DNA of 60,409 nt, counting the filler. It is 7 parts of 7 records of this genome, joined end to end, with 100 filler letters (N's around TTAATTAATTAA, not from the genome) between each part and the next. Parts side by side here need not be neighbours in the genome. Positions count along the whole stretch, not along the records: positions 8,621 to 16,227 come from SRR20825019_6; positions 16,328 to 29,183 come from SRR20825019_13; 5 more parts are not named here. The stretch is one strand, 5' to 3'. The position numbers and the translations under genes were made by a program. How positions within the stretch are numbered: position 1 is the stretch's first letter; every line of letters begins with the position of its first letter. Below are positions 11,250-22,400 of the stretch, piece by piece. The notes under the pieces were generated by a model. It worked only from the letters and a program-made list of their open reading frames with translations, did no database searches and was not told the DNA's origin.

Positions 11250-12202
11250 CAGAACACCATAGAGGTGGACATCATCACGCCCTTAGAATAGTTATACCCC
11301 GAGGGCACATTGGGGGTCTGCCAGCCGTCCTCGCACCACCCGTTGCACTGGTGGTGATAAAAGAACCGCCATATACCGAAGCGGCCCAGGTCCGTAGGGC
11401 CAAATCGCTGGTTCTGGGACAGCAAGGCCGGGTCCGATATGATCACCGACGAGCCGTTGGTGCCACCCTGAACGTCGCACAAAACGAACTGGCCGCTGGA
11501 GCGGTGGTATGAGTAGTGTGACAGCGCCTGCATCATATCGGAGTGACGCCCGCCTTCCACCGCGCCCGAGTTGGAGTTCCATTTCATGTAGTTGCCAATG
11601 AATGGCTCCAGCAGTGCCCTCCCCCGGTTTGTGTGGATGGAGTCCGGCTGGTTCACCTGGATGGTCGGCCCTCCAAACTTCATGTTGTTCCAGTCATGGA
11701 CGATCTGGGTCGCCTTGGCAACCACCTTGGCATCCCACTGGTACCACGCCGCCTCCTGCCTCTTGTCCCTGAAGATCTTGGCCACACACGCCTTGTTCAT
11801 GTTCGCCCCGCCCGTGTACCGGCCCCGGTACACATCTCTGAAGGCGCCGGATGCATACACCCCGTCGCCAAAGTAAATCTCCGCATCACACGTCAAGTTG
11901 CGGCGTGCGGTGGGGAATCTGTTGCTGTTGACACAGGTAACGCAGCGGCTGGCTCCGTCGCCTTTGTACCATTGGTTGTCGCTGAAGTCCGCACTGGCCT
12001 TGGTCTGGCCACAGGCACAGCACTGCCGCCACTGGTCATTGTCGCTGCAGGACTCGGTGTAGCCATCACTATCTGATCCCCAGTAATCTCCTTCTACACA
12101 GGCATAGCAACGCGACACGCCGGGGCCCTTCCTCCATTGGTTGTTGCTGTACTCGTAGGCCGACAGCTCACACCTGCAGCTTGCGCAGATTCTCAACGTC
12201 AT
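11249..12202 (-). CDS. Alpha-kinase (eEF2K/MHCK-like) with two N-terminal Stc1-like Cys/Zn repeats
   Basis: Alpha-kinase motifs GAFRDVY, EPFI, QALSHYSY, LCDVQG, SDP, GPTDLG and HxCNxWC. Two CxxC...(Y/F)SxNQWxKG...SRCxxCV repeats. ATG at 12202 preferred over the GTG at 12316. Confidence 0.9.
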   Translation of the reverse strand: MTLRICASCRCELSAYEYSNNQWRKGPGVSRCYACVEGDYWGSDSDGYTESCSDNDQWRQCCACGQTKASADFSDNQWYKGDGASRCVTCVNSNRFPTARRNLTCDAEIYFGDGVYASGAFRDVYRGRYTGGANMNKACVAKIFRDKRQEAAWYQWDAKVVAKATQIVHDWNNMKFGGPTIQVNQPDSIHTNRGRALLEPFIGNYMKWNSNSGAVEGGRHSDMMQALSHYSYHRSSGQFVLCDVQGGTNGSSVIISDPALLSQNQRFGPTDLGRFGIWRFFYHHQCNGWCEDGWQTPNVPSGYNYSKGVMMSTSMVF

Positions 12203-13319
12203 TTCGCCCGTAAGCTTAGGCACTGTAGCAGTGCATAGAGGGGCACGTGTATGTGATATTTCAGTGAGTGGACCAACCAAAATTATTAGGCGACTGGTGA
12301 CCCGCTGGCCTGACACGGCGCTGCTGGCACCCTCCGGTCCCTGCTCAGTGGCGGTTCATTGCCAGGCCTTTCACGCACGGAACGCCAGTTAGCTCAAGTT
12401 CGAAGAGCGCTGCTTTCACCACGGTTTATTGAAGTGAAACAGCCCGCGTGGGGAAAAGAAAAAAAAAAGGAACGGGGGGGGGGGGGGGTTAGGCCCCGGC
12501 GAGCTGGTCACTCTCACAGTGAGCCGGGCACCACCCATGAAAAACCACTGCCTCGACCCGGATCTGGGACAATGTGGGCTAGTTGACGGAATCATATTGC
12601 CAAATGGGGAGACAGTCCGTTCGGGTTCGGCACGTTCCGAGTCGGCGGAGCGGCCGCGGGCGCGCCGGCCTGTGGTCAGCCCGGGGCGCCGCCCGCGGCC
12701 CCCGGGCGCCGCGGGCCCCGCTGAGCCCGCGGCGGCGTGGCCAGCCTGCCTGGCCGGCCAACCCGACCAACCGGAGAGCAACTGAACCGCGGACCCCATG
12801 GTGATAAATTTTTGAAATCAGGCTGGCTATGCCGTGCCAGTGAGTGGCAGTGCCAGCCAAGTGACCGTCACTCAGACTGAGAATAAGAGTGCATACCGAG
12901 TAAGTGCTATGGAAGTGTCCATCCGCCAGTCGGTCAGTGAGCAGAGTCGGACCGGTCACGGTCTGACGAACGGAACTCCGTGTGAGCGTAAGGCTTGGTG
13001 GGCCGGCCCCGGTGGCCGGCCGGGCCGGGGCGGGCTCGGCCGCGGCCAGTGGCCCCGGCCCCGGGGCGGCGGCGCGGCGGGACCGTGGCCGCTGGGCCCG
13101 GCCCCGGGCCGGCGGCCCGGGCCGCGCCTGGCCGGCCGTCCCTGAGTGGCAGCCGGCTGGACGCAGCCGCGGGGGACGCAGCGAACGGCCGCGGTCCCGG
13201 CCCCCCGGCGGGCACTTTTCCTAACCTCAGCTGGTGTGAGAGGAGCCGGGCTGATTATCCACTTCCAGCCGGCTTACATAAATACTTTGAGTGTCCTGCT
13301 ATTGGTGATTGCAAGGAAG

Positions 13320-15066
13320 ATGGCGAGGGTACTTACCGTGTCAGTGTGGGTTGCGTGGGCTAACATAACACTCCTGGTCGCCATGACACTGGTGGCCGGG
13401 CCAGCGACTGCGGACACCGCGGTTGGCGTTGACGAGCAGCGCTTGGTGGAGGCACTGGACTCCGCGGGCTTTGCGGTGCAGAAGGGACGGTTTGCGTACT
13501 TCCAGATTAAGGACTGTGAGAAGCTGGAGTCTTGCTTTGGGAACAACCCATCCTCGCCGTATGGCCTATTCTACCTCCCTCCTCCCCCCGGGCAGGAGTG
13601 GAAGGGCCACACACCCCTCCAGACCAGGTTCGTCCGGCGTCAGTTTGTGCGACTGCTTGGCTCACACTGACCGGTGGAGTGCACTGCAGTGACGGACTGC
13701 GCCCCGGGTGGGCCCTCGCTGAGCATGAGGCGGTCCTGTTTGTGGGTCGCACGCCCCCGGATTGCCGGTACTTTGGCTTCCGGAGCTATCTCATGGAGCG
13801 CTGGGCAACGTTGCGACGGAGGCCTATCAAGGTGTTTGGCAGCCTCGCGGACAGGTCGGCTTCTCCCTTGAACCATGTCCGGACCGCCTTCTCACGGGGC
13901 TGTGCAGTATCAACCACAGGAACATCAAGCTTCATCACGGGACCGAGGGGCCATTCGAGAGCTTGACCTCTGTCGTGTCCACAGCCTCGGCGCTGGTGGC
14001 GGAGACAGTAGCCGCGGCCATCGGGCCCCTGGTGGGAGCGGAGACCATTAACATCGACGTGATCCCCCACCGCCTTGTAAAGCTTGGCCTGCAGGATAGA
14101 GCAGACACAATTTCCATGCTGGCGCGGGTGGCAGGCTTTGCAGATGCGAAGAAAGGGCAAGAGTACCTCGACAGCCCCCCCGCGTATGTCCTCAGGCTGA
14201 CCCCCCGCGTGGAGGTGAGATGTCCACTTCTCACACACGAGTGGCTCGGCTTACAGGCCGTCCCCGGCAGATTCCATCGAAAAAGCTACGGTTGTTCGAC
14301 ACTCCGGCACTGAAGCATAGGGGACAAGGCCAGGCGGAGACGGACAGAGACCCGATGCTTGCGGGAAGGCTGAGGCAGCTGGCACAGGCGGTGGTCAAGG
14401 AATACTCATCCGAGTTCAAACACAAATGGCACACGGTGGTGCCGGTCCCGCTGGTCGGCCAGTACTGCGCCCGGGCGAATCTCCCCTGCAACGGCGACAA
14501 CAGTGACACCACATACCAGGTGAGCGGCTGGGCCATTGATGCTCAAGGGTAGTGTGTGACGGTGGTTGCAGGCCTCGATGCCGTCCCGCCTGGGGACGGA
14601 GGAGTTTGTGGTGATGGTCGGCGTCAATCACCATGCGGTGGGGTATGCTGAATACTCCAACATTGCATTCTACAACAAAGACCGGCTGATGGGCATCAGT
14701 GGGGTGCTGGTGAGGCATTGTTAACCTCTTTCTGACAGTTCTCTGTTCGTGTTTCCATTGTGATTCTGACGGTTGGGACAGGATGACGGCCTGGTCGGCA
14801 GTGCCAAGGCATACCTGGCGGATGCCGAGGACGACCTCTATGCGTGGGTCATCGCGCGGGACTGCACTGGGGTGGCGCGGCAGTTTGCCCGCGGGGGGTA
14901 CCGCCGAAGCAACTGTTACCAAATGCCGTACGAGTTCCCGGGCCTGAAGGATGACGAGAGGATGATGCTCATGGCGCGGGCGTATCTGACGCCGGGGGAG
15001 GATGTCGGCCCCAGCTGGCAGGAGATTTCACGCTTTGAGGTGTATCACTTCTACAAAGCGACCTGA
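13320..15066 (+). CDS. Spliced secreted protein, uncharacterised (exons 13320-13627, 13690-13854, 13908-14214, 14271-14519, 14572-14709, 14782-15066)
   Basis: Five GT-AG introns (62, 53, 56, 52, 72 nt) give one continuous frame. N-terminal signal peptide; blocks GNNPSSPYG, GRTPPDCRYFGFRSYL, CNGDNSDT, VGVNHH, RAYL. Confidence 0.8.
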
Positions 15067-15404
15067 TGCCACCACGCTGGTTGCACTCACAGGGCACGGC
15101 TTGGGGCCAATCGGCTGGCCGACCGCAGGGGCTTGAGACACCGTCGCGTTGGAGGGGTGCTGCTGACATCGATTTCACAAAAGGTTTTCTCATTGCATAT
15201 ACATTCAATAGTAATGTCATAGTAAGATACACCAGTTACCTTGTGTTTATTGCTGCGATGGTGGAGGTATGCCAGACCCTACGTCATTCTAAGATATTCT
15301 TCCAAAATTAGAGTGGCCGCGGGCCCTACTCAACTCTTAAGCGAGTCTCCGCGGGAAGACTGTTCAATGATACAACACATACAGTCACACATCCCGATTT
15401 ATTC

Positions 15405-16227
15405 TTAATTTTCGTTGGTGGTGTCCAAGGGGGCAAGCACAAGCTGGTCGCCATCTTCGCCATCGCCATCCTCGGGCCATACCACGGAGCACCAACTGTA
15501 AATATCTTCGGCCACCTTCTTAAGCTTCCTCCCAGCCTTCGCCTTGGGCCAGCCACTGTCGGGCGACGTGGATATCACGTTCGGGTTCCGGATCTCAAAT
15601 GCGACTTGGGTGATGATGTGGTCCGCGTTGATCTTTGGCTTGACCTGGTTGTGAATAACGCCTGTCCCCGGCAGTTCAGGGTTCTGGAACGGGTCATTCG
15701 CACGTGTTGGGGTCTCCCAGAATGTCGCAAAGGTTTCGTGGCTAAGCTGCTTGACACTGCCACCGGTCCACGGGGTGTTAGCGCCGGAAATCTTTCTCAC
15801 CTCTCCGTTCACACAGTCCTTAACGTAGGTGTTGGCATCGCCAAACTTTGCCTTCTGGGAATACTGCTCCACGAGATCGTAGGCTCTTCCCGATGACGCC
15901 TCCGTTGCGGAGCTGGCGTGGTCGATAAAGTTGTCCTTCATTGCGTATGAAAACTTGAAGAGGATATTTTCGTTACTCTTGACGGTGTTTGTGTTTTCGG
16001 TGGAGACCATCAGTCCCTGGAAGATCTTGAAGAATAGGGGATACTTCTGCGGCACAGTGAAGGTCTCCCAACTGTGCTTGTTATCCTTGCTCGACGCCTT
16101 GGCGGTGGGCACGACGCATTTCTCAAAGATGGAGATGGCGCTGTTTAGGAGCTTGAATTCAGACGGCGCTGAAGACTTCTTGTCTTCATAAAGAGCTTTG
16201 ATGTTGTCTAGGCTAAACTTCATGTCG
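15405..16227 (-). CDS. Hypothetical intronless protein, probably 5'-truncated by the contig edge
   Basis: 272-aa open frame with natural composition reaching the linker; no family recognised. Confidence 0.65.
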
Positions 16228-16327
16228 NNNNNNNNNNNNNNNNNNNNNNNNNNNNNNNNNNNNNNNNNNNNTTAATTAATTAANNNNNNNNNNNNNNNNN
16301 NNNNNNNNNNNNNNNNNNNNNNNNNNN
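16228..16327. other. Artificial contig linker
   Basis: N-TTAATTAATTAA-N. Confidence 0.99.
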
Positions 16328-16433
16328 CCAAAACATTCTAGTCCAGACAACAAAAAACCCGTAGAAACATACCCAAACCTCTAGAATAAACAAAAAAAAC
16401 ATCTTCATCGCCCATCATCAAGTTAATATCACT

Positions 16434-19400
16434 ATGAGCGAGACCGGATCTATGGCCGGCAGCATGGTAGGAGGCAGTACCCTAAACGGTGGCGATACCG
16501 ACTCAACACACGCCTCCGCATCGGCCCCATCCTCCCTGTTTCCCGGAAGTCGCATCTATAAATTTGTCACCGAGGACTTCCCAATATTCCCAGCTTTAGA
16601 GACATTAGTTGGAATTGCCGAATGGAGGTGGGCATCGTCACTAGGAGTACTGGTGCAGGCAATCCAAAGGCTCGCATTCGTCGTGAACCCCCATTTTAAC
16701 GCAATTTGGGGTGAGGCGGTTGGAACGAGTGGAATTAGTCGAGTATTCTACTTCTCCCACTTTCCCATTTATGACCCTCTTGAGTTCCCGTACACCGACA
16801 TCACCGCCACCATCCAGTTCGGTATTTGGTTCAGTGCCGTCGTAGCGATTGCATTGTTCGTATCAGTGGGTTTAGCATCTGCAACATTATCTCGCACAAA
16901 TAAACAAGATTCCCTCAATATGGTGTCTGTACGACTGATTGGGAGGACGTACTCGACATGGGTGTGGATCCCGCTTCTACAAATGATTGCGGCATCTATG
17001 GTGTGCGATTTGGCTTACACTGCCAAGTCGTTTGTACAGGGAGGTAACTCGGCCCCGACTGAAACAACACAGGCCTTCTTAGCTACCCTATACGCAGATG
17101 CAGGCTCCACTGCTGCAGCTGGACTAAATGTAGGGACCACCTCTACGTCCGCATCCCTCCTCGTACAATCGTCCATCTACTCGTCAGATACCAACCTTCC
17201 TGTCGTCAACTCCTATGCACCCCTCCGCAGTGAAATTAACGACTATGACTTCGCATCATTTAGCTGGTACTATCGATACGTACCCGCGACGTTTGTTAAA
17301 CTGAGTAATGCTGAGTGCTTCGGTCCGTCCCACACTGCCACCTTCATTGGCGGCGTAATCACCATCCTAGCACTGATCCCCCTACTCGTCTTTATTCGTC
17401 TATGCGACTACAGCACCACAACCAAGACTACCACCGGTGAGAGGAGGCTACTTGGGCGTCGTCACTCCACTTGCGATCTGTTTGATCTGGCATACACCGG
17501 CCTTCTTGCATTGCTGTATAACCTGATGCTCGCTACCGGTCACCACGCTGCCTTCTCACTAATTTATTGTGGATTGTCAGCGGGGATGGTAGTGGTGCAT
17601 GCCTATCACCTCCCATACCACAACCGCTTCATGAACCGTCTCATGGTTGCCTCCTACTCATTGTGTGCCTATACTGGTGCGTTAGTAGCTGCTGCAATGT
17701 ACAATACTACATTCGGCCAAGTCGAGGGGGCGCCTGTGATGTTCTTAGGTCTCACGCCCATCGTAATATTGGTTGGATACGTGATGGCTGAGTATCGAGT
17801 ACACACCCCCTTCGTACATGCAGTAGAGCGCTGCACTCTTGATGGTAACATGCACGATAACACTATCGTATGTACCACCGCCTCTGCTGCTAGCCACGCA
17901 TTTACCCCCTTCAGGCACAAGGCGCACACCCAGACCAACGGCCCTACTACTCTCGCAGAAGCCGCCTCCTGCATCTGGAGGGTCGATGCGTCCGGCCAGA
18001 CCCTCCGCTGTGACGATCCCCACACGATGGGGGGTTTTGGGGGTTCCACCAACCGCTTCGCCACTAGCTCACATTTCGACCACAACATGACAAATGCAGC
18101 TACTACCAATTATGATGCGTTCAGGGAGGGGGTTGCGGTGGATGTAGGACTACCCGAATCTATGGGCCATAGTATTCACTACCACCCCCTTATGGAGTTA
18201 CCTATGGATCTGGTCAGCACACACAGGGAGGCCCTACTAAGGGAGCAGGGCCGTATCATCTCTGAGAGAAGGAAGGGGTCGTCTCATCAACACGCTACCC
18301 TCGCCGAGGACCTCGCCGATCCTGAATACCACTTCAGGCGCCCCCAATGCGTCGAGGCGGAGACGCAACTCCGGGCCGCACAGGGGTTTGCAGCCAACAC
18401 CATCCCCTTCTCTACCCTCGAGCACCGCCAGCGGTTCCCAGCGGGCCTGGAGGATGATACCCTGGTACTCTTCTCTCCCTTCCCAGACTTTGACAGTCGT
18501 GTCCGAGATGCCCTAGCAAAGCAAATCGCATCTCACAAACACACCGTCTCCTCCACCACCATGGCCAACAACCACAACCATAACAACCGTGCCAATGATC
18601 CTTCGGCTGGTATGGTGTATGGCCGACGGAACAGTACCGGGGATCTCAATGGTGGTGAGGACGTGATGCTGACCAGTCTACGGCCTGGCTCTGATCAGCA
18701 ATACAATGCCCGTGGCGGTGGTGGCGCGTGGTCCAATCCCTTCTCCTCCATGTTCAGAGCTGCGTCGGTATTTACTGATTTATTTGGTAATTTTGGAGCT
18801 TCTTCGAATTATGCTGCCAGTAACAATCCCACAGACAGTTCCCTTAACACGGGCTCCTTTAACCCAATGGACTCCTCTAGAGGGGATAACCCCTTCGGAA
18901 ATAGTAAGTCACAATACCCCTCATCTACTGCTGGTGGTGGTGGTGCATTCCATCGAAACCCTGCCGCCATAATCCCCGAGCCTGGACTCAAGCAGCGAGT
19001 CAGTCGTCTATTGCATCCCTTCATAAGTAATGTGTATTCTGGCCGCGATGTGAGTTTAGCAACCAGTTTTGTGTACCAAGGTACATGGCCCCTACATCGA
19101 ACCCCCTCCGCCGAGATGCTACTACTAGCCTCGCATATGTATGCCCGCGGTCTCGTCCGCTTCCGCTCCTCCCCCATCGTCCTCCTAGACTTCGGAACCT
19201 TCATCACCGACTATATCCCCAGCCTTGCTGCATTCGGTACACAGCTACTTGAGCAACTCCAGCAGTGCAATCACCTATCCCTCGTGATACAGTTCCGTAC
19301 CACGCTCTTTGCTAGTAATCTCAGACAAGCTTTGGGTATTCGCAACCACAGTCATCTGCTCCACAGCGAGGCCGCCCGTACACTCCACCGGTCCGTCCTG

Positions 19401-22400
19401 TCACACATGACAACCTTCTGGAACACGCTCGCGGAGCCCAGCGTTAACATCGGCCAAGTTGCGGCAATCGCCGACGACATCACGTTGGACCGACGAAAGG
19501 CTATTGGGCAGTTCCAGCTCGCGATTCAGCGACAGACAGCATCCGACCCTAAACTTATTACCAGACTGGGTGAGTTTTTACAAGACGTCATGCTCGATAC
19601 CGAGGGCGCTACTGAGTGCTTCAACGAGGCAAGGGAAATAAGGGATGCGCGAAATGCTCGTACAATGCGTGGAACTCGACAAGTTACCCTCGTCGAGCTC
19701 GATTTACAAACTCTCAGCAATCGATTGTTGGGATTGCTATCCTCCCGGCAAGACACTGCTGTAGTTGCATCAAAGGGGATGGTACAATTCCTTCTTTTCA
19801 AGGTAACAATCATCATCTTATTTTTGGCGGCGGTCGCGGCATTGATGGTGTACGGGACGCTCTGGCAGGGCGATCAGGAGCGGGGGGTACTGAGGCGTGT
19901 GCAGGCTGGTTCGGAGGTATCCTCCTCCCTTGCTATGTTTACAGCGGTGCTTTACGCACAAGACCAGACGCTATCCGCCTCGTCATCGTCGTCGTCTGTA
20001 CAGTCAAATGTAACTGCTATCCTTTCATCGTTAGCAGAGACGTTTGGTAATGCCCTTCGAGACGTTACCGTCGGCAGTGCGGCCTCCAGTTACAAGCCCC
20101 ACCTCGACATCCTACATTCCGCTTCTATTCCCTTTTCAACCGACACGGACGTTTTAACAGGTGCCTCTGGTGTCGCTGTTGGTGCCTTCGACACTAGTAG
20201 CTATGTGGGAGGTGTAGCTGCCTCCCCCTATGCGTACAAAGAGGGACGTCAGACAATCGACTTTGATAGTATATCGCTACCTGAGGGGACCTCGCTGTGG
20301 GAGCTGGGACAGATTCTGAGTGCGAGCATGCAGGCCATTGTCCAAAGCGGGTTGGATCCTGCCGTCTCCTTCTTCCACTCCCTTACGCTGCGGGATAATG
20401 TTCACAAGGCTGAGTCAGTTTTCCAGTTCGATGTTCGTATGTTCCTTGAGGAGCAGCACGCCAACATGAGCAAGATGCGAATCTACTTTGTGATTGTCTT
20501 TTTGATTGGACTCGGGGTGTTGTTGGTGTTGTATTTAACCTTCTATCTCAGTCTACAGAGGACAGCATCAGAGAGGATGTTTACCTTCCAGCTAACCACC
20601 CTAATCCCCTTCGAATCACTGGAATTCCTCGCCTCCGAAGCCCGACGAAAGGTCAATGTGATCCTAGCAGAGCAGCAACAAGGTGGGAAGCGTGGTGGTG
20701 GGGGTAGCACTGGCATGAAGTTCAATACTGAGTTCCAGCTTGGATTCAGTGGTCTTTCTAACTCCACAAATGGTGCTTCCGGTTGGTTGGGAGTTTCAAC
20801 CGAAGACCAGTCTGAGAATAGTCAGCGATCGAGCAGAGCACCAACCCCACTGTCAGCAGCAGTTGGTGTCAGCAAGGGTACTGCTGCGGCTACTACTGTA
20901 AAATCCTCGTTATTTCCATCGACGTCATTAACACATCCCCATCACGGTAGACGCAGCCCCCCACCCCCTCCACCCGCACCTGATGCAGCAGCTTTACTTT
21001 CAGGCAGCGATGATAATGGTGAAGATGGTACCGGTGTAGTTACATCCCCCCCTACCGCTGCCCGGCCATTGATCGATATCTTTGAGGATCAAGGAGTGCC
21101 TGTGAAAACCCTATCCCGCCGTGCCCAACGGGGTGGTGGTAAGGTCGTCATCATTGGCACTAGTGACGATGAAATTGCCAATAGTGACTCAGACGGCGCC
21201 CCGAAGAAGCGTAACAGCGGTGGAGCTAAGCGTCGAGGAAAACAGCAGTTTAACCTTAATGATGACAATGAAGATGCACAACCACCTGTTCGTGGAGGAC
21301 GGAGGGGTGGTGGAGCTGGTGGTCCTGTTCTGACCGAGGAGGAGTACCAAGCAAAGAAGAAGAAGCACCAAGAGTATCTTCGCATGTTCAAACCTCCAAA
21401 GGAGCTACGATCCTGCCTTAAACGCGGGACGAAACAAGGTGGGGATCGGAGTGGAGGTCACAACACGCTTACATCCTCCGCAGCTGCCCTCACTAGTGCC
21501 CTTGAACCCCGCCTGATGCATCAACCCGAGAAGAAGGTAAGCGGTGGTGGTGCCCCTGTCAACACTAACAATATCCTCTCAAAGCAAGAACGCCAACGCC
21601 AACTTAGATCTAACAACGCCACGAGGGCAAAGAAGGTTCGCTGGGGTGGAGTAACTATCGTAGGGGCTGACAACAGTGTTCAGCGACAGCTTCAGAGCGC
21701 GGTGGCAGATGAGAAGACCGTCTCACGAGCTATTGATGAGGAGTCGAATGACAGCTGGGATGAGGACGAGACGAGCATGGAAATCCAAAGAGGCGCTGAA
21801 CAAAGTAAACGTGATCGTCAACGGCAAGCTGAAACCAAAGCCAAGCTCCGCCGAGCCTACTACCGCTACTTTGCCGTCACAATCGCCGCACTTGTGCTGA
21901 TTTTCACAATTGTTGTTACAACGTTGTTGGTGGTAGTTGTGGGGGAAATTGACGCGGGTCCGACGGAGTATGGAGATGTACTTGCCGACATTATCAACAT
22001 CGGCTCCCTTCGAGACAGTATCGTCTCACTCAGCGACCGCGGCCTCCAATTCACCATCTCCGGAAATGAAGATCTTGGTACTACTTACTTCGCACATCGT
22101 CGTCGGGTGTACGCAGAGCTGGACAGGCTGGTGTTGTTAGGTATTACCGAGGAGGAGGTCAGCCGACTTTTAGCCTTCGAAGCTGAGTTCAAGGATCAGC
22201 AATATGTCATCGACGATCTACTCGCCCTCTCCACCTTCTCCCACTCTATTCCGATTGTCGTGGATGTCATACCGACATTACATCCACTAGTGAAGAATGC
22301 AACGGAGCTGTATGAGAGAGTAAAAGAGAGACACCCCCTTAAGTATGCATCGTCATGGAAATTATACAATGCTATGTATAACGCTTCCGTCCCTATTCTA

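Noticed and set aside
13628-14781. Non-canonical (euglenid-type) introns or frameshifted pseudogene
   Set aside because: All junctions are explained by canonical GT-AG introns that preserve frame.
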